Positions 43,680 through 53,743 of a stretch of DNA of 53,743 nt are shown piece after piece. Origin of the DNA: Actinomycetota bacterium (lineage in GTDB: Bacteria > Actinomycetota > Acidimicrobiia > Acidimicrobiales > GCA-2861595); contig JBQTJJ010000096.1 in the NCBI GenBank assembly GCA_052387235.1, positions 1 through 53,743 of the forward strand, written 5' to 3'. A program made the translations under genes and the position numbers. The notes under the pieces are model-generated. The model had not been told where the DNA came from, searched no databases, and saw only the letters and a list, made by a program, of their open reading frames with translations. Numbering within the stretch: position 1 is the first letter of the stretch; each line of letters starts with the position of its first letter.

Positions 43680-45263
43680 TCAGTGCGTGTCGGGGACCAG
43701 GAGGGGCTCGCCGGCGCCGGCGCCCGGGGCGGCGGGCGGCACGGGGGCGTGCGCCGGCGACTCGGAGGGGAGGAATCGGGCGACGAGGCCGGCGGCCACC
43801 AGCACCACCACCGCGGCCACGGTGAGCGCCAGCCCCATGGCGTCGACGAAGGAGCTCCTGGCCGCGGCGGCGACGGCCTCGCCGCCGGCGGTCATGCCGC
43901 TGCTGACCTGGAGGGCGCCGCCCAGCGAGCTGCGGGCCACGGCGGCCAGGGTGGGGGAGAGGCGCTCGATCGAGGGGCCGAGGCCGGCGGTGTAGTGGGA
44001 CGCGAACAGGCTGCCGAGCACGGCCACGCCCAGGGCCCCGCCCAGCTCGCGGGTGGTGTCGTTCACGGCCGATCCCACGCCGGCCTTGCCCTGGGGCAGC
44101 GACGCCATGATCGACGTGGTGGCCGGCGCCATGGACGTGGCCATGCCCACGGCCAGCACCACCAGCGACACCGCCAGCTGGGGGTACCCGGTGGTGGTGC
44201 CGGCGGCCGACAGCAGGCCCAGTCCCGCCGCCACCAGGGTGAGGCCGCTCGCCACCACCCGCCTCGGCCCGAAGCGCTCCACCAGCCGGGCGCTGAGGGG
44301 CGCCACCGTCATGAGGGTGAGCGCCACCGGCAGCGTGCGGATGCCGGCCTGGAGGGCGGTGTAGCCCTTGACCAGCTGGAGGTACTGGGTGAGCAGGAAG
44401 AAGGTGCCGAACATGGCGAAGAAGACGAGCGTGATGGCGGCGCTGGCGGCGCTGAAGCGGGGGTTGCGGAAGTAGCGCAGGTCCAGCATGGGATCGGTCG
44501 TGCGCAGCTCCCACGCCCCGAACGCCATCAGCACGGCGACGGCGGCGGCGGCCGTGAGGAGGGTGGGCGCCGCCGTCCAGCCGTGGGTGGGCGCCTCGAT
44601 GATGGCGTAGAGCAGCAGGCCGAGGCCGGCGATCGACAGGCCGGCTCCCACCGGGTCGAGCGGGAGGCGGTCGGGGTCGCGCGACGTGGGCACCAGGCGA
44701 TGGCCGCCCACCAGCGCCACCGCGATCACGGGCAGGTTCACGAGGAACACCGACCCCCACCAGAAGTGCTGGAGCAGCCAGCCCCCCGCGATGGGACCGA
44801 TGGCGGCGCCGGCGCCGGCGAAGCCGGCCCAGACGGCGATGGCGCGGGCCCGCTCCCGGGGCGGGAACACCGAGGTGAGGATGGACAGCGTGGCCGGCAT
44901 GACCAGCGCTGCGCCCACGCCCATCACGGCCCGGGTTGCGACCAGGTGCACGGGCTCGGTGGCGAGGGCCGAGACCCCCGAGCCGGCGGCGAAGATCACC
45001 AGCCCGGCCGTGAGGGCGCCCTTGCGGCCGAAGCGGTCGCCCAGCGCCCCGGCCGTGAGCAGGAGGCCGGCGAAGACGAGGGCGTAGGCGTCGACGATCC
45101 ACTGCAGCTCGGTGGCGCTGGCGTCCAGGTCGCGCACCAGCGTGGGGAGCGCCACGTTCAGCACCGTGTTGCCCACGATGATCATGACCAGGCTCAGGCA
45201 GAGCACGGCCAGGACCCACCACCGGGACGGCTCGCGTGCCCCCAGCTGCCCGGTATCGGCCAT
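43680..45263 (-). CDS. MFS transporter, DHA2 (EmrB/QacA, 14-TMS) family
   Basis: Track ORF 43680..45413. Motifs are NVALPTLVRDLDAS...QWIVDAYALVFAGLLLTAGALGDRFGRK. The start is the ATG at 45263 or at 45326. Confidence 0.85.
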   Translation of the reverse strand: MADTGQLGAREPSRWWVLAVLCLSLVMIIVGNTVLNVALPTLVRDLDASATELQWIVDAYALVFAGLLLTAGALGDRFGRKGALTAGLVIFAAGSGVSALATEPVHLVATRAVMGVGAALVMPATLSILTSVFPPRERARAIAVWAGFAGAGAAIGPIAGGWLLQHFWWGSVFLVNLPVIAVALVGGHRLVPTSRDPDRLPLDPVGAGLSIAGLGLLLYAIIEAPTHGWTAAPTLLTAAAAVAVLMAFGAWELRTTDPMLDLRYFRNPRFSAASAAITLVFFAMFGTFFLLTQYLQLVKGYTALQAGIRTLPVALTLMTVAPLSARLVERFGPRRVVASGLTLVAAGLGLLSAAGTTTGYPQLAVSLVVLAVGMATSMAPATTSIMASLPQGKAGVGSAVNDTTRELGGALGVAVLGSLFASHYTAGLGPSIERLSPTLAAVARSSLGGALQVSSGMTAGGEAVAAAARSSFVDAMGLALTVAAVVVLVAAGLVARFLPSESPAHAPVPPAAPGAGAGEPLLVPDTH

Positions 45264-45548
45264 GGAGGGGCCAACCGCCCCCGCCCGGCGTCCATTCCCG
45301 GACCGTCCTCGGCGGATCGGGGTCATCGCGCACCTATGTCCAAGTTGCGCAGGTGAGAAGGAACAAGGGTCGGGGAAGGAGAACCCTGCTCCATGAAGGC
45401 GCCCGCGTCGCAACCGAGCAGGCCCAGCCGGCGCCCCCCGGAGCCGGTCCGGCCCCAGCCGGCCCGCCGGCCGGGCGTCGGCCTCCTGGCGGCCCAGGCC
45501 CGGCGCCGGCGCTTCCGGCGCACCGACCTGCGGTAGGGCCCCGAGGCG

Positions 45549-46673
45549 TCAGGCGCCGCCGGCGGGGCGGTGCTCGATCACGGAGCGGGCGGCGTCGCCC
45601 GTCTCCATCCCGTCCAGGGCGTCGTTGACCTCGTCGAGGGTGATGCGGCGCGACACCAGCTCGTCCAGCAGGAGCCGGCCCCCGAGGTAGTGCTCGAGAA
45701 GGACCGGGACGTCCCGGCGGGGGTTGGACGAGCCGTACCAGCAGCCCCTGACGGTCTTGGAGGCGAGGACCAGTCCGAAGAAGGCGGGGATGGCGACGGT
45801 GACGTCCATGGCCGGGACGCCCACCAGCACGGCCTGGCCGCCCCGCCTGGTCATGGTGATGGTCTGGTCGATGGTGCGCTGGAGGCCCACCACCTCGAAG
45901 CCCACGTCCACCCCGCGCTGGCCGGTGAGGGCCATCACCCCCGACACCGCGTCGCCGGCGCCGGCATCGACCGCGTGGGTGGCCCCGAACCGCACGGCCA
46001 GGTCGAGCTTGGCGGGGTTGGTGTCGACGGCGATGATCCGGCCCGCGCCGGCGATGCGGGCGCCCTGGACCACGTTGAGCCCCACGCCCCCGCAGCCCAC
46101 CACCGCCACCGTGTCGCCCGCTCCTACCGACGCGGTGCGCAGCGCCGCGCCCACGCCGGTCAGCACCGAGCAGCCCAGGAGCGCGGCCACGGTGAGGTCG
46201 AGGTCGCCCGGCAGCGGGACCACTCCGGTCTCGGGGACGACGACGACCTCGGCGAAGGTGCCGGTGGCCGCCATCTGGTAGAGGTGCCCGCCGCCCGAGC
46301 GGAACCGGGTGGTACCGTCGAGCAGCCCGCCCGACGCCATGGTGACGGTGGCCTGCTCGCACAGGTGGCCCTCGCCCCGCAGGCAGAAGAAGCACTGGCC
46401 GCACTGGGGCACCCAGCAGACCAGGACGTGGTCGCCGGGCTGCACGCTGGTGACGCCGGGCCCGACCGCCTCCACCACGCCGGCGCCCTCGTGGCCCAGC
46501 ACGGCCGGCGTCTGCATCATCATCACGCCGCTGCGGGCCGACAGGTCCGAGTGGCACACGCCCGAGGCCGCGACCCGCACGAGCACCTCGCCGGCGTGGG
46601 GCGCCTCCACCTCCACGTCGGTGCGGATCTCGAGCGGCTGCCCCACCTGGGTGAGGACGGCGGCCCGGACCAT
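45549..46673 (-). CDS. zinc-dependent alcohol dehydrogenase (class III / mycothiol-dependent formaldehyde dehydrogenase-like)
   Basis: Track ORF 45549..46907 was trimmed to the ATG at 46673. Motifs are GVCHSDL, GHEGAGVV, CGQCFFCLRGEGHLC and VGCGGVGLN. Confidence 0.85.
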   Translation of the reverse strand: MVRAAVLTQVGQPLEIRTDVEVEAPHAGEVLVRVAASGVCHSDLSARSGVMMMQTPAVLGHEGAGVVEAVGPGVTSVQPGDHVLVCWVPQCGQCFFCLRGEGHLCEQATVTMASGGLLDGTTRFRSGGGHLYQMAATGTFAEVVVVPETGVVPLPGDLDLTVAALLGCSVLTGVGAALRTASVGAGDTVAVVGCGGVGLNVVQGARIAGAGRIIAVDTNPAKLDLAVRFGATHAVDAGAGDAVSGVMALTGQRGVDVGFEVVGLQRTIDQTITMTRRGGQAVLVGVPAMDVTVAIPAFFGLVLASKTVRGCWYGSSNPRRDVPVLLEHYLGGRLLLDELVSRRITLDEVNDALDGMETGDAARSVIEHRPAGGA

Positions 46674-46687
46674 GGTGGGACCGGAAT

Positions 46688-46978
46688 CTACCGCCCTGCC
46701 TCGCGGTCCTCGCGCTCGGCCGCCTTGACGGCGTAGCCGAAGACGATCCCGGGCGCGAGGGTGACGGTGCTGCCGATCAGCGACGCCACCACGATGGTGA
46801 CGGTGGCGGCCGGGAAGTCGGTGGCGAACCCGACGGCGAAGGCCACCACCGCCAGCAGCACCAGCCCGTAGCCCACCCGCTTGCCGGTGGCGGCCCACCG
46901 GGCCCACTGGGCCCGCCGGGCCCGCACGGGGTCGACCGGCGGCGGTCGGGTGTCGTCGCCGGTCACCATGGCCACCAT
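46688..46978 (-). CDS. small two-TM membrane protein (hypothetical)
   Basis: This is the tail of track ORF 46688..47935. The product is MVAMVTGDD...GYGLVLLAVVAFAVGFA...VTIVVASLIGSTVTLAPGIVFGY. It overlaps the end of the glycosyltransferase gene. Confidence 0.55.
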   Translation of the reverse strand: MVAMVTGDDTRPPPVDPVRARRAQWARWAATGKRVGYGLVLLAVVAFAVGFATDFPAATVTIVVASLIGSTVTLAPGIVFGYAVKAAEREDREAGR

Positions 46979-48012
46979 CCTGCCTGGTCGAGCAGGTCCC
47001 GGATGCGGCCGGGGAGGTCGGGGAGGGCGAAGTGGCGGCGGGCCACGGCCTGGTTGCGGTCCAGCAGGGCCGGATCGGGCCTGCGCAGCCAGGCGTCGAG
47101 CGGCGCCGGGTCGTCCGCCGGGAACCAGGTGAAGCCGAAGGCGCGGAGCTCGGCCGCCACCGGGTACGGGGCGACGGCCAGGGGCCGGCGGTGGAGCGCC
47201 GATTCGACGACCGGGTTCCCGAAGCCCTCCCAGCTGGAGGGGAACACCACGGCGTCGCACGCGGCGTAGGCGTCGGCCACGGTGGCGCCGGGGAGGTCGG
47301 GGAAGCCCCGCAGGACCGGCACCCGGGCCGCCGCCGCCAACCGGTCCACCTCGGGGCCGAAGCCCTCCTCGGCCGGCCCCAGCAGCCAGTAGGCGGCGTC
47401 CAGGGCCTCGGCCAGGGCCAGGGCGGCGGGGACGCCCTTGCGGGCCAGGGCCCGCGTGGGCTGCAGCACCAGGCGCCGGCCGCCGCCCACCCCCAGGGCG
47501 GCCCGGGTCTGCTCCCGCCGGCCGGCCGGCGGCTCGGGGTCGAAGGCGTTGCGGATGGTGCGGGCCTCGATGCCGTGCCCGGCCAGCTGCTCCCGGCTGA
47601 GGTCGTTGATCGTCACGTGGGCCCAGGCCGGGTCGTCGGGCGGCGGCGGGAAGCCGGCGAAGCGCTCCCGCTGCCACGGCAGGTCGTGGTGGCGGAGCAC
47701 GGCCCGCCGGCCGCGGAGCACGTCCGCGACCACTGTCGCGGCGGCCGGGTTGAGGGGCAGGGAGCACAGGTTCTCCACCACCACCAGGCCGGCGCCGGCC
47801 AGCGCCTCGGCCACCTCGCCGGCCGACGGCGGTTCCGCGGCGTCGATGCCCAGCCCCGGGAGCACCACGCCGGCGGTGCCGCCGCCCGCCACCGTCCGCA
47901 CGTCGAAGCCGAGCTGCCCGAGGGCCCAGCCCCACTTGGCCGCCTCCACCGACACGCCGTCGGGCCCGCCCAGGCGGAACGAGACGATGGCGGCGCAGGG
48001 GCGCCCGGTCAC
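46963..48012 (-). CDS. glycosyltransferase (GT-B, GT4-like)
   Basis: This is the tail of track ORF 46963..48609. The GTG at 48012 overlaps the upstream stop (GTGA). The sequence reads ...RLVLQPTRALARKGV...VVFPSSWEGFGNPVVESA. Confidence 0.75.
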   Translation of the reverse strand: MTGRPCAAIVSFRLGGPDGVSVEAAKWGWALGQLGFDVRTVAGGGTAGVVLPGLGIDAAEPPSAGEVAEALAGAGLVVVENLCSLPLNPAAATVVADVLRGRRAVLRHHDLPWQRERFAGFPPPPDDPAWAHVTINDLSREQLAGHGIEARTIRNAFDPEPPAGRREQTRAALGVGGGRRLVLQPTRALARKGVPAALALAEALDAAYWLLGPAEEGFGPEVDRLAAAARVPVLRGFPDLPGATVADAYAACDAVVFPSSWEGFGNPVVESALHRRPLAVAPYPVAAELRAFGFTWFPADDPAPLDAWLRRPDPALLDRNQAVARRHFALPDLPGRIRDLLDQAGWWPW

Positions 48013-48599
48013 CCGCCGGCGCCGGGCGCGGCGGCGGCGTCGCTCCCCGACCGGGCCGCCGACGACCTCGTCCGGCGCCCCGCCGCCGGCGCCAGGAGGT
48101 GGACAGCCACGTCGGCCGCGCCCACCGCCGCCAGCAGGTCGCCGAAGGACAGCACCTCGCGCAGGGGCGCCACCGGGATCACGTCGGCCAGCCCGGCCAG
48201 CCGGTCGGACGGCCGCTCGAGGTGGTGGCGGCCGGACAGCTGCACGTCGCCGGCCCGCCCCGGCTCGGCCACGCCGGCCCGCTCCAGGGCCGACGCCCGC
48301 ACCGGCATGCCCCCGTTCAGCGCCATCACGACCAGGTTGAGGGCGATGCCGGCTGCCACCAGCCACATGCCCACCGTGGCCAGGTTGGCCAGGGCGAAGG
48401 CCAGCAGGAGCCCGAACGAGACCAGCAGCAGGGTGCCGGCGCCCGCTCCGTCCATGCGGCCGGCGGCGAGCTGGAGGGCCAGGCCGGCGACCAGCAGCGC
48501 CTCGGCCCGAAGCGACCGCCGGGCCAGGTGGTGGAAGCGGCCCCCGGCCAGCAGGCCGACGGCCAGGCCCGCGGCCACGGCCAGGAGCGTGAACCGCAT
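48009..48599 (-). CDS. integral membrane protein (DUF5317-like)
   Basis: Track ORF 48009..48629 was trimmed to the ATG at 48599 (MRFTLLAVAAGLAVGLLAGG). It has four to five TM segments and then ...VLSFGDLLAAVGAADV. Confidence 0.6.
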   Translation of the reverse strand: MRFTLLAVAAGLAVGLLAGGRFHHLARRSLRAEALLVAGLALQLAAGRMDGAGAGTLLLVSFGLLLAFALANLATVGMWLVAAGIALNLVVMALNGGMPVRASALERAGVAEPGRAGDVQLSGRHHLERPSDRLAGLADVIPVAPLREVLSFGDLLAAVGAADVAVHLLAPAAGRRTRSSAARSGSDAAAAPGAGG

Positions 48600-48756
48600 C
48601 GCCGGCCAAGGTAGTGCCCCATCAGGCACCGTTCGCCGCGCTCACGACGGCCAGGACCACCGCTGGCGTCGTTCTCGTCCTCGACGCACGCAGTGTGCGC
48701 CTTCGTCCTGCGGCCTTGCCAGCAGCGCCCCCGGCTCGCCGTGAGCATCGCCGACG

Positions 48757-50627
<1,871 letters not shown>

Positions 50628-50639
50628 AGCCCCGGACGC

Positions 50640-50906
50640 TCAGTAGGCCCGCCTGGCCTGGCTGCGCTGGAGCAGCCACACGATCAGCGCCGCGCACAGC
50701 ACGGCGAGGAGCCAGCCGCCGGGCCGGCCGAGCAGCACGTTGCCCACCAGGCCGCCCAGGAGCGAGCCGCCCACCCCCACCAGGATGGTCATCCCGATGG
50801 ACATGGGATTGGGTCCGGGCACGGCCAGCCGGCCGAGCGCGCCGATAATGAGGCCACCGATGACGAGACTGAGGATGAAGGCGATCACGCCCCTACTCTT
50901 CCGCAT
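50640..50906 (-). CDS. GlsB/YeaQ/YmgE-family transglycosylase-associated membrane protein
   Basis: This is the tail of track ORF 50640..51686, from the ATG at 50906. The product is VIAFILSLVIGGLIIGALGRLAVPG...MTILVGVGGSLLGGLVG. Confidence 0.75.
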   Translation of the reverse strand: MRKSRGVIAFILSLVIGGLIIGALGRLAVPGPNPMSIGMTILVGVGGSLLGGLVGNVLLGRPGGWLLAVLCAALIVWLLQRSQARRAY

Positions 50907-50933
50907 CCGCGCCTTCTTTACACCGCGGGCCTC

Positions 50934-51662
50934 GTGAGCATCCGGTCCGAGACCCGCGGCCCCGTCCGGCTCGTCACCATCGACCGGCCCGAGCGCCGCA
51001 ACGCCCTCGACGCGCCGGCGTGCGAGGACCTGCTGGAGGCGCTCGCCCCGGCCGGGCCGCCCGGCACCCGGGTCGTGGTCCTGGCCGGTGCCGGCGGCCA
51101 CTTCTGCGCCGGCGCCGACGTGTCGGCCGTGCCCGACGCCCGGTTCCTCGCCGCCCTTCGGGCCGTGCTGGACGCCATCGTGGCCCTGCCCGTGCCCGTG
51201 ATCGCGGCGGTGGAGGGCGTGGCCCTCGGCGCCGGCCTGCAGCTGGCCGTGGCCTGCGACCTGCGGGTGGCGGCGCCGGATTCCCGCTTCGGGGTCCCGG
51301 CCGCCAAACTGGGACTCGTGATGGACCACGCCAGCATCCAGCGCGTGGCCCTGCTGGCGGGGCACGGGCCGGCCCGGGCCCTGCTGCTGGCGGCCGAGGA
51401 GATCGACGGCGCGGCCGCCCTGCGCCTCGGCCTGGCCCAGCGGGCCGGTGGGGTCGCCGGGGCCCTGGTGTGGGCCGATCACATCGCCACCCTCGCCCCT
51501 CTCGCCATCGCCGGCCACAAGCTGGCCCTGAACCGGCTGGAGCCGGCCCTCGCCGACCCGGACGTGGAGCAGGCCCGGCAGCGGGCGTGGTCCAGCGCCG
51601 ACCTGGCCGAGGGCGTGGCCGCCTTCGGGCAGCGCCGCCCGCCCCGGTTCGAGGGGAGCTGA
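50934..51662 (+). CDS. enoyl-CoA hydratase/isomerase family protein
   Basis: Track ORF with motifs VTIDRPERRNAL, LAGAGGHFCAGADV and EGVALGAGLQLAVACDL. Confidence 0.85.
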   Translation: MSIRSETRGPVRLVTIDRPERRNALDAPACEDLLEALAPAGPPGTRVVVLAGAGGHFCAGADVSAVPDARFLAALRAVLDAIVALPVPVIAAVEGVALGAGLQLAVACDLRVAAPDSRFGVPAAKLGLVMDHASIQRVALLAGHGPARALLLAAEEIDGAAALRLGLAQRAGGVAGALVWADHIATLAPLAIAGHKLALNRLEPALADPDVEQARQRAWSSADLAEGVAAFGQRRPPRFEGS

Positions 51663-51666
51663 GGGG

Positions 51667-52419
51667 GTGCTCCTGGCCGCCTCCAATCCCGGCCACTTCG
51701 TGGCCTTCGGGGCAGGGATGCTGTCGTTCCTGTCGCCGTGCGTGCTCCCGCTGGTGCCCGGCTACCTGTCACTGATGTCGGGCGTGGGGACGGCCGAGCT
51801 GGCAGTGGCCACCAGGACCGACACCCGCAAGCTGCTGCGCTCCACCCTGCTGTTCGTGGCCGGCTTCACCGTGGTGTTCGTGGCCCTCGGGGCCGCGGCC
51901 AGCGCGGTGGGTCAGGTCCTGATCGACCACCAGCGCGGGCTCAACCAGATCGCCGGGGCGGTGGTGATCGTGATGGGCCTGGCCATGGCCGGCGTGGTGG
52001 CGCCCGCGTTCATGCAGCGGGAGCGGCGGGTCCACGTGTCACCCGCCAGGCTGGGGTCGGCGGCGCCACCGGTGATGGGCATGGCCTTCGCCTTCGGCTG
52101 GACGCCGTGCCTGGGCCCGGTGCTGGCGTCGGTCCTCTCCCTGGCCGCCACCGAGGCCACCCTGGGCCGGGGCGTGACCCTGCTGCTGGCCTACTCCCTC
52201 GGCCTGGGGGTCCCGTTCGTGGCCACCGGCGTGGCCTTCGGGCGCCTGGCCGGGACCCTCGGGTGGGTGAAGCGCCACGCCCGGGCCATCAACCTGGTGT
52301 CGGGGCTGCTGCTCGCCGCCTTCGGCGTCCTCCTGTTCACCAACCGCCTGTCCCGCATGTCGGGCTGGATGGTGCGCTTCATGGACGACGTGGGGCTGGG
52401 CTGGCTGATCGGCCTCTAG
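51667..52419 (+). CDS. ccdA: cytochrome c biogenesis protein CcdA (DsbD-family thiol-disulfide transporter)
   Basis: Track ORF with motifs FLSPCVLPLVPGYLS and FGWTPCLGPVLASVL, plus six TM segments. Confidence 0.85.
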   Translation: MLLAASNPGHFVAFGAGMLSFLSPCVLPLVPGYLSLMSGVGTAELAVATRTDTRKLLRSTLLFVAGFTVVFVALGAAASAVGQVLIDHQRGLNQIAGAVVIVMGLAMAGVVAPAFMQRERRVHVSPARLGSAAPPVMGMAFAFGWTPCLGPVLASVLSLAATEATLGRGVTLLLAYSLGLGVPFVATGVAFGRLAGTLGWVKRHARAINLVSGLLLAAFGVLLFTNRLSRMSGWMVRFMDDVGLGWLIGL

Positions 52420-53603
52420 GAACGCGCTGATCTGCGGGTCGGCTGCCAACCGGCGCCGTCCGGCGCGACGGTGTAGCTCACGCCGTCGTCGTTCTTGACC
52501 AGGCCACCCCACACGAGCATCTCCCGGCCCGTCCACACCGCGGTCGCCGTGCGCCTGCCGCCGAGAGGCGCAGCGGCGATCGGCTGCCAGGACCGAGTGA
52601 CCGGGCTGTACGCGGCCCCGTCGGCCAGGAACTCGAACCCGGGGCCGGCCCCGCCCCACACGACCAGCTCCCGTTCGGTCCATGCCGACGCCACGCCCGA
52701 GCGGGCGGCGAGCGGAGGTGAGGGGAGTGGGAACCAGTCGTCGGTCCGGGGGTTGTAGGCGGCGCCGTCGGAGAACGCGGTCGCCTCGTCGGCCCCGCCC
52801 CAGACGAGCACCAGGTGTCCGGTCCACACCGCCGTGTGCCCACCGCGGGCGGCGAGCGGCGACCCGGCGAGCAGTCGCCAGCTGTCGGCCCCGACGTCGT
52901 ACGCGGCGCCGTCCGCCGCATGGGTCCCGGCGCCGCTGCCGCCCCACACCACCATCTCGTCGCCGGTCCAGACAGCCCGGGCGCCGACACGGGGGCTCAG
53001 CGGTGAGGCACGCAGCCGGCGCCACGTGTCGTTGGACGGGTCGTAGGCGGCCCCCTCGCCGGACAGCGCCGCCCCCGCGCCCCCTCCCCAGAGGAGCATC
53101 TCCGAACCGGTCCAGACCGCGGCCTGCCCCGCGCCGGGAGGCAACGGCGCGGGTGGGAGCACGCGCCAGCGGTCGCGCCCGGGGTCGTAGGCAGCCCCGT
53201 CGGCGAAGAAGCTGGTCTGCGCGCTCCCGCCCCACACGAGCATCTCGGTGCCGGTCCAGGCCACCGCCGCGTCGCTGCGGGCCGCGAGCGGCGACGGGCC
53301 GAGCGGCCGCCACTCGTCAGTTGCCGGGTCGTACACCGCACCGTCGCCCTCGGGCTCGGGGACCTCCGTGTCGCACCGGGGATCGCCGCACCGCACGGCG
53401 CCACCCCACACGACCAGCTTCTCGCCCGTCCAGACCGCGGCGCGCCCGGCGCGCAGGCTCAGGCCCGAGTCCGCGAGGGGGCGCCATCGCTCGGCCTCCT
53501 CCCCCCGCTCCGGCGCCGTGCCCGGCACGGGGGTGGTCGAGTCGGAGCAGGCGATGAGCGCAGGTACGACCGCCACCAGGACCAGGCGGTGGAGGCGGCG
53601 CAT
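52416..53603 (-). CDS. Kelch-like beta-propeller lipoprotein
   Basis: Track ORF 52416..53705 was trimmed to the ATG at 53603. A lipobox is present (ALIACS). There are about seven repeats of AAVWTG.EM.VWGG....DGAAYDP..D.W..L. Its stop overlaps the ccdA stop (CTAG). Confidence 0.75.
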   Translation of the reverse strand: MRRLHRLVLVAVVPALIACSDSTTPVPGTAPERGEEAERWRPLADSGLSLRAGRAAVWTGEKLVVWGGAVRCGDPRCDTEVPEPEGDGAVYDPATDEWRPLGPSPLAARSDAAVAWTGTEMLVWGGSAQTSFFADGAAYDPGRDRWRVLPPAPLPPGAGQAAVWTGSEMLLWGGGAGAALSGEGAAYDPSNDTWRRLRASPLSPRVGARAVWTGDEMVVWGGSGAGTHAADGAAYDVGADSWRLLAGSPLAARGGHTAVWTGHLVLVWGGADEATAFSDGAAYNPRTDDWFPLPSPPLAARSGVASAWTERELVVWGGAGPGFEFLADGAAYSPVTRSWQPIAAAPLGGRRTATAVWTGREMLVWGGLVKNDDGVSYTVAPDGAGWQPTRRSARS

Positions 53604-53743
53604 CCGCGCTCCTCGTGCCGCGCGGGAGGCCGCCCTACGGGCCTGCGAGTCAACTACCTGCTCGGAAGGGGCGACGCCGGTCTGCCCGGGGTTCCTTGAA
53701 TTCACTTGTCCGGTAAGGGTTCCTTTCGGATCGACAAGCAGAC

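Noticed and set aside
45393-45536. A 47-aa Arg/Pro-rich ORF (MKAPASQPSRPSRRPPEP...RRRRFRRTDLR) with AAGGAG 11 nt upstream, in the MFS/ADH spacer.
   Set aside because: Its composition looks like a non-coding high-GC frame, the RBS spacing is long, and there is no motif. This is not enough to call it a gene.
53690-53725. GGTTCCTT is repeated 28 bp apart upstream of the Kelch lipoprotein gene. Read on the minus strand it gives AAGGAACC, a possible ECF-type -35 (GGAAC) with CGTC downstream.
   Set aside because: The spacer from GGAAC to CGTC is only about 14 nt, shorter than usual ECF promoters. The region lies at the window edge with incomplete context.

Overview
This is a dense, very GC-rich chromosomal segment (about 70% GC or more by eye, not computed). 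Its gene content and codon style are typical of Actinomycetota, possibly Acidimicrobiia-like. I support about 50 CDS. They include a complete assimilatory sulfate locus, with sirA-cysH-cysD on the minus strand divergent from subI-cysTWA plus a Cys-free Rrf2 regulator. Other housekeeping genes are valS, cysS, cspA, gmd, ccdA and trmH-like. There are also several zinc alcohol dehydrogenases, enoyl-CoA hydratases and an acyl-CoA dehydrogenase, fdhD and mobA, a truncated KdpD/KdpE-type two-component pair next to an APC permease, an ECF sigma fused to a ZAS anti-sigma domain, an OsaC-like kinase-GAF-GAF-PP2C protein, and a 1384-aa surface protein. I see no rRNA, tRNA, CRISPR array, transposase, integrase or phage genes. 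Many long ORFs in the track are alternate-frame or antisense artefacts of the high GC. Three features stand out as non-routine. (1) Two c-di-GMP-I (GEMM-I) riboswitch aptamers at about 7.5 kb and 39.4 kb each follow the same sigma-28/WhiG-like promoter motif. (2) Two 65-bp direct repeats, each holding an AT-rich, perfect 19-21-bp-arm palindrome, bracket the giant surface-protein gene exactly; the downstream copy supplies its stop codon. (3) Several candidate operators lie in divergent promoters: a palindrome pair in the sulfate locus and 31-bp-phased direct repeats next to the KdpDE-like pair. All calls come from reading the sequence and from remembered family motifs. No database search or RNA-folding program was run.
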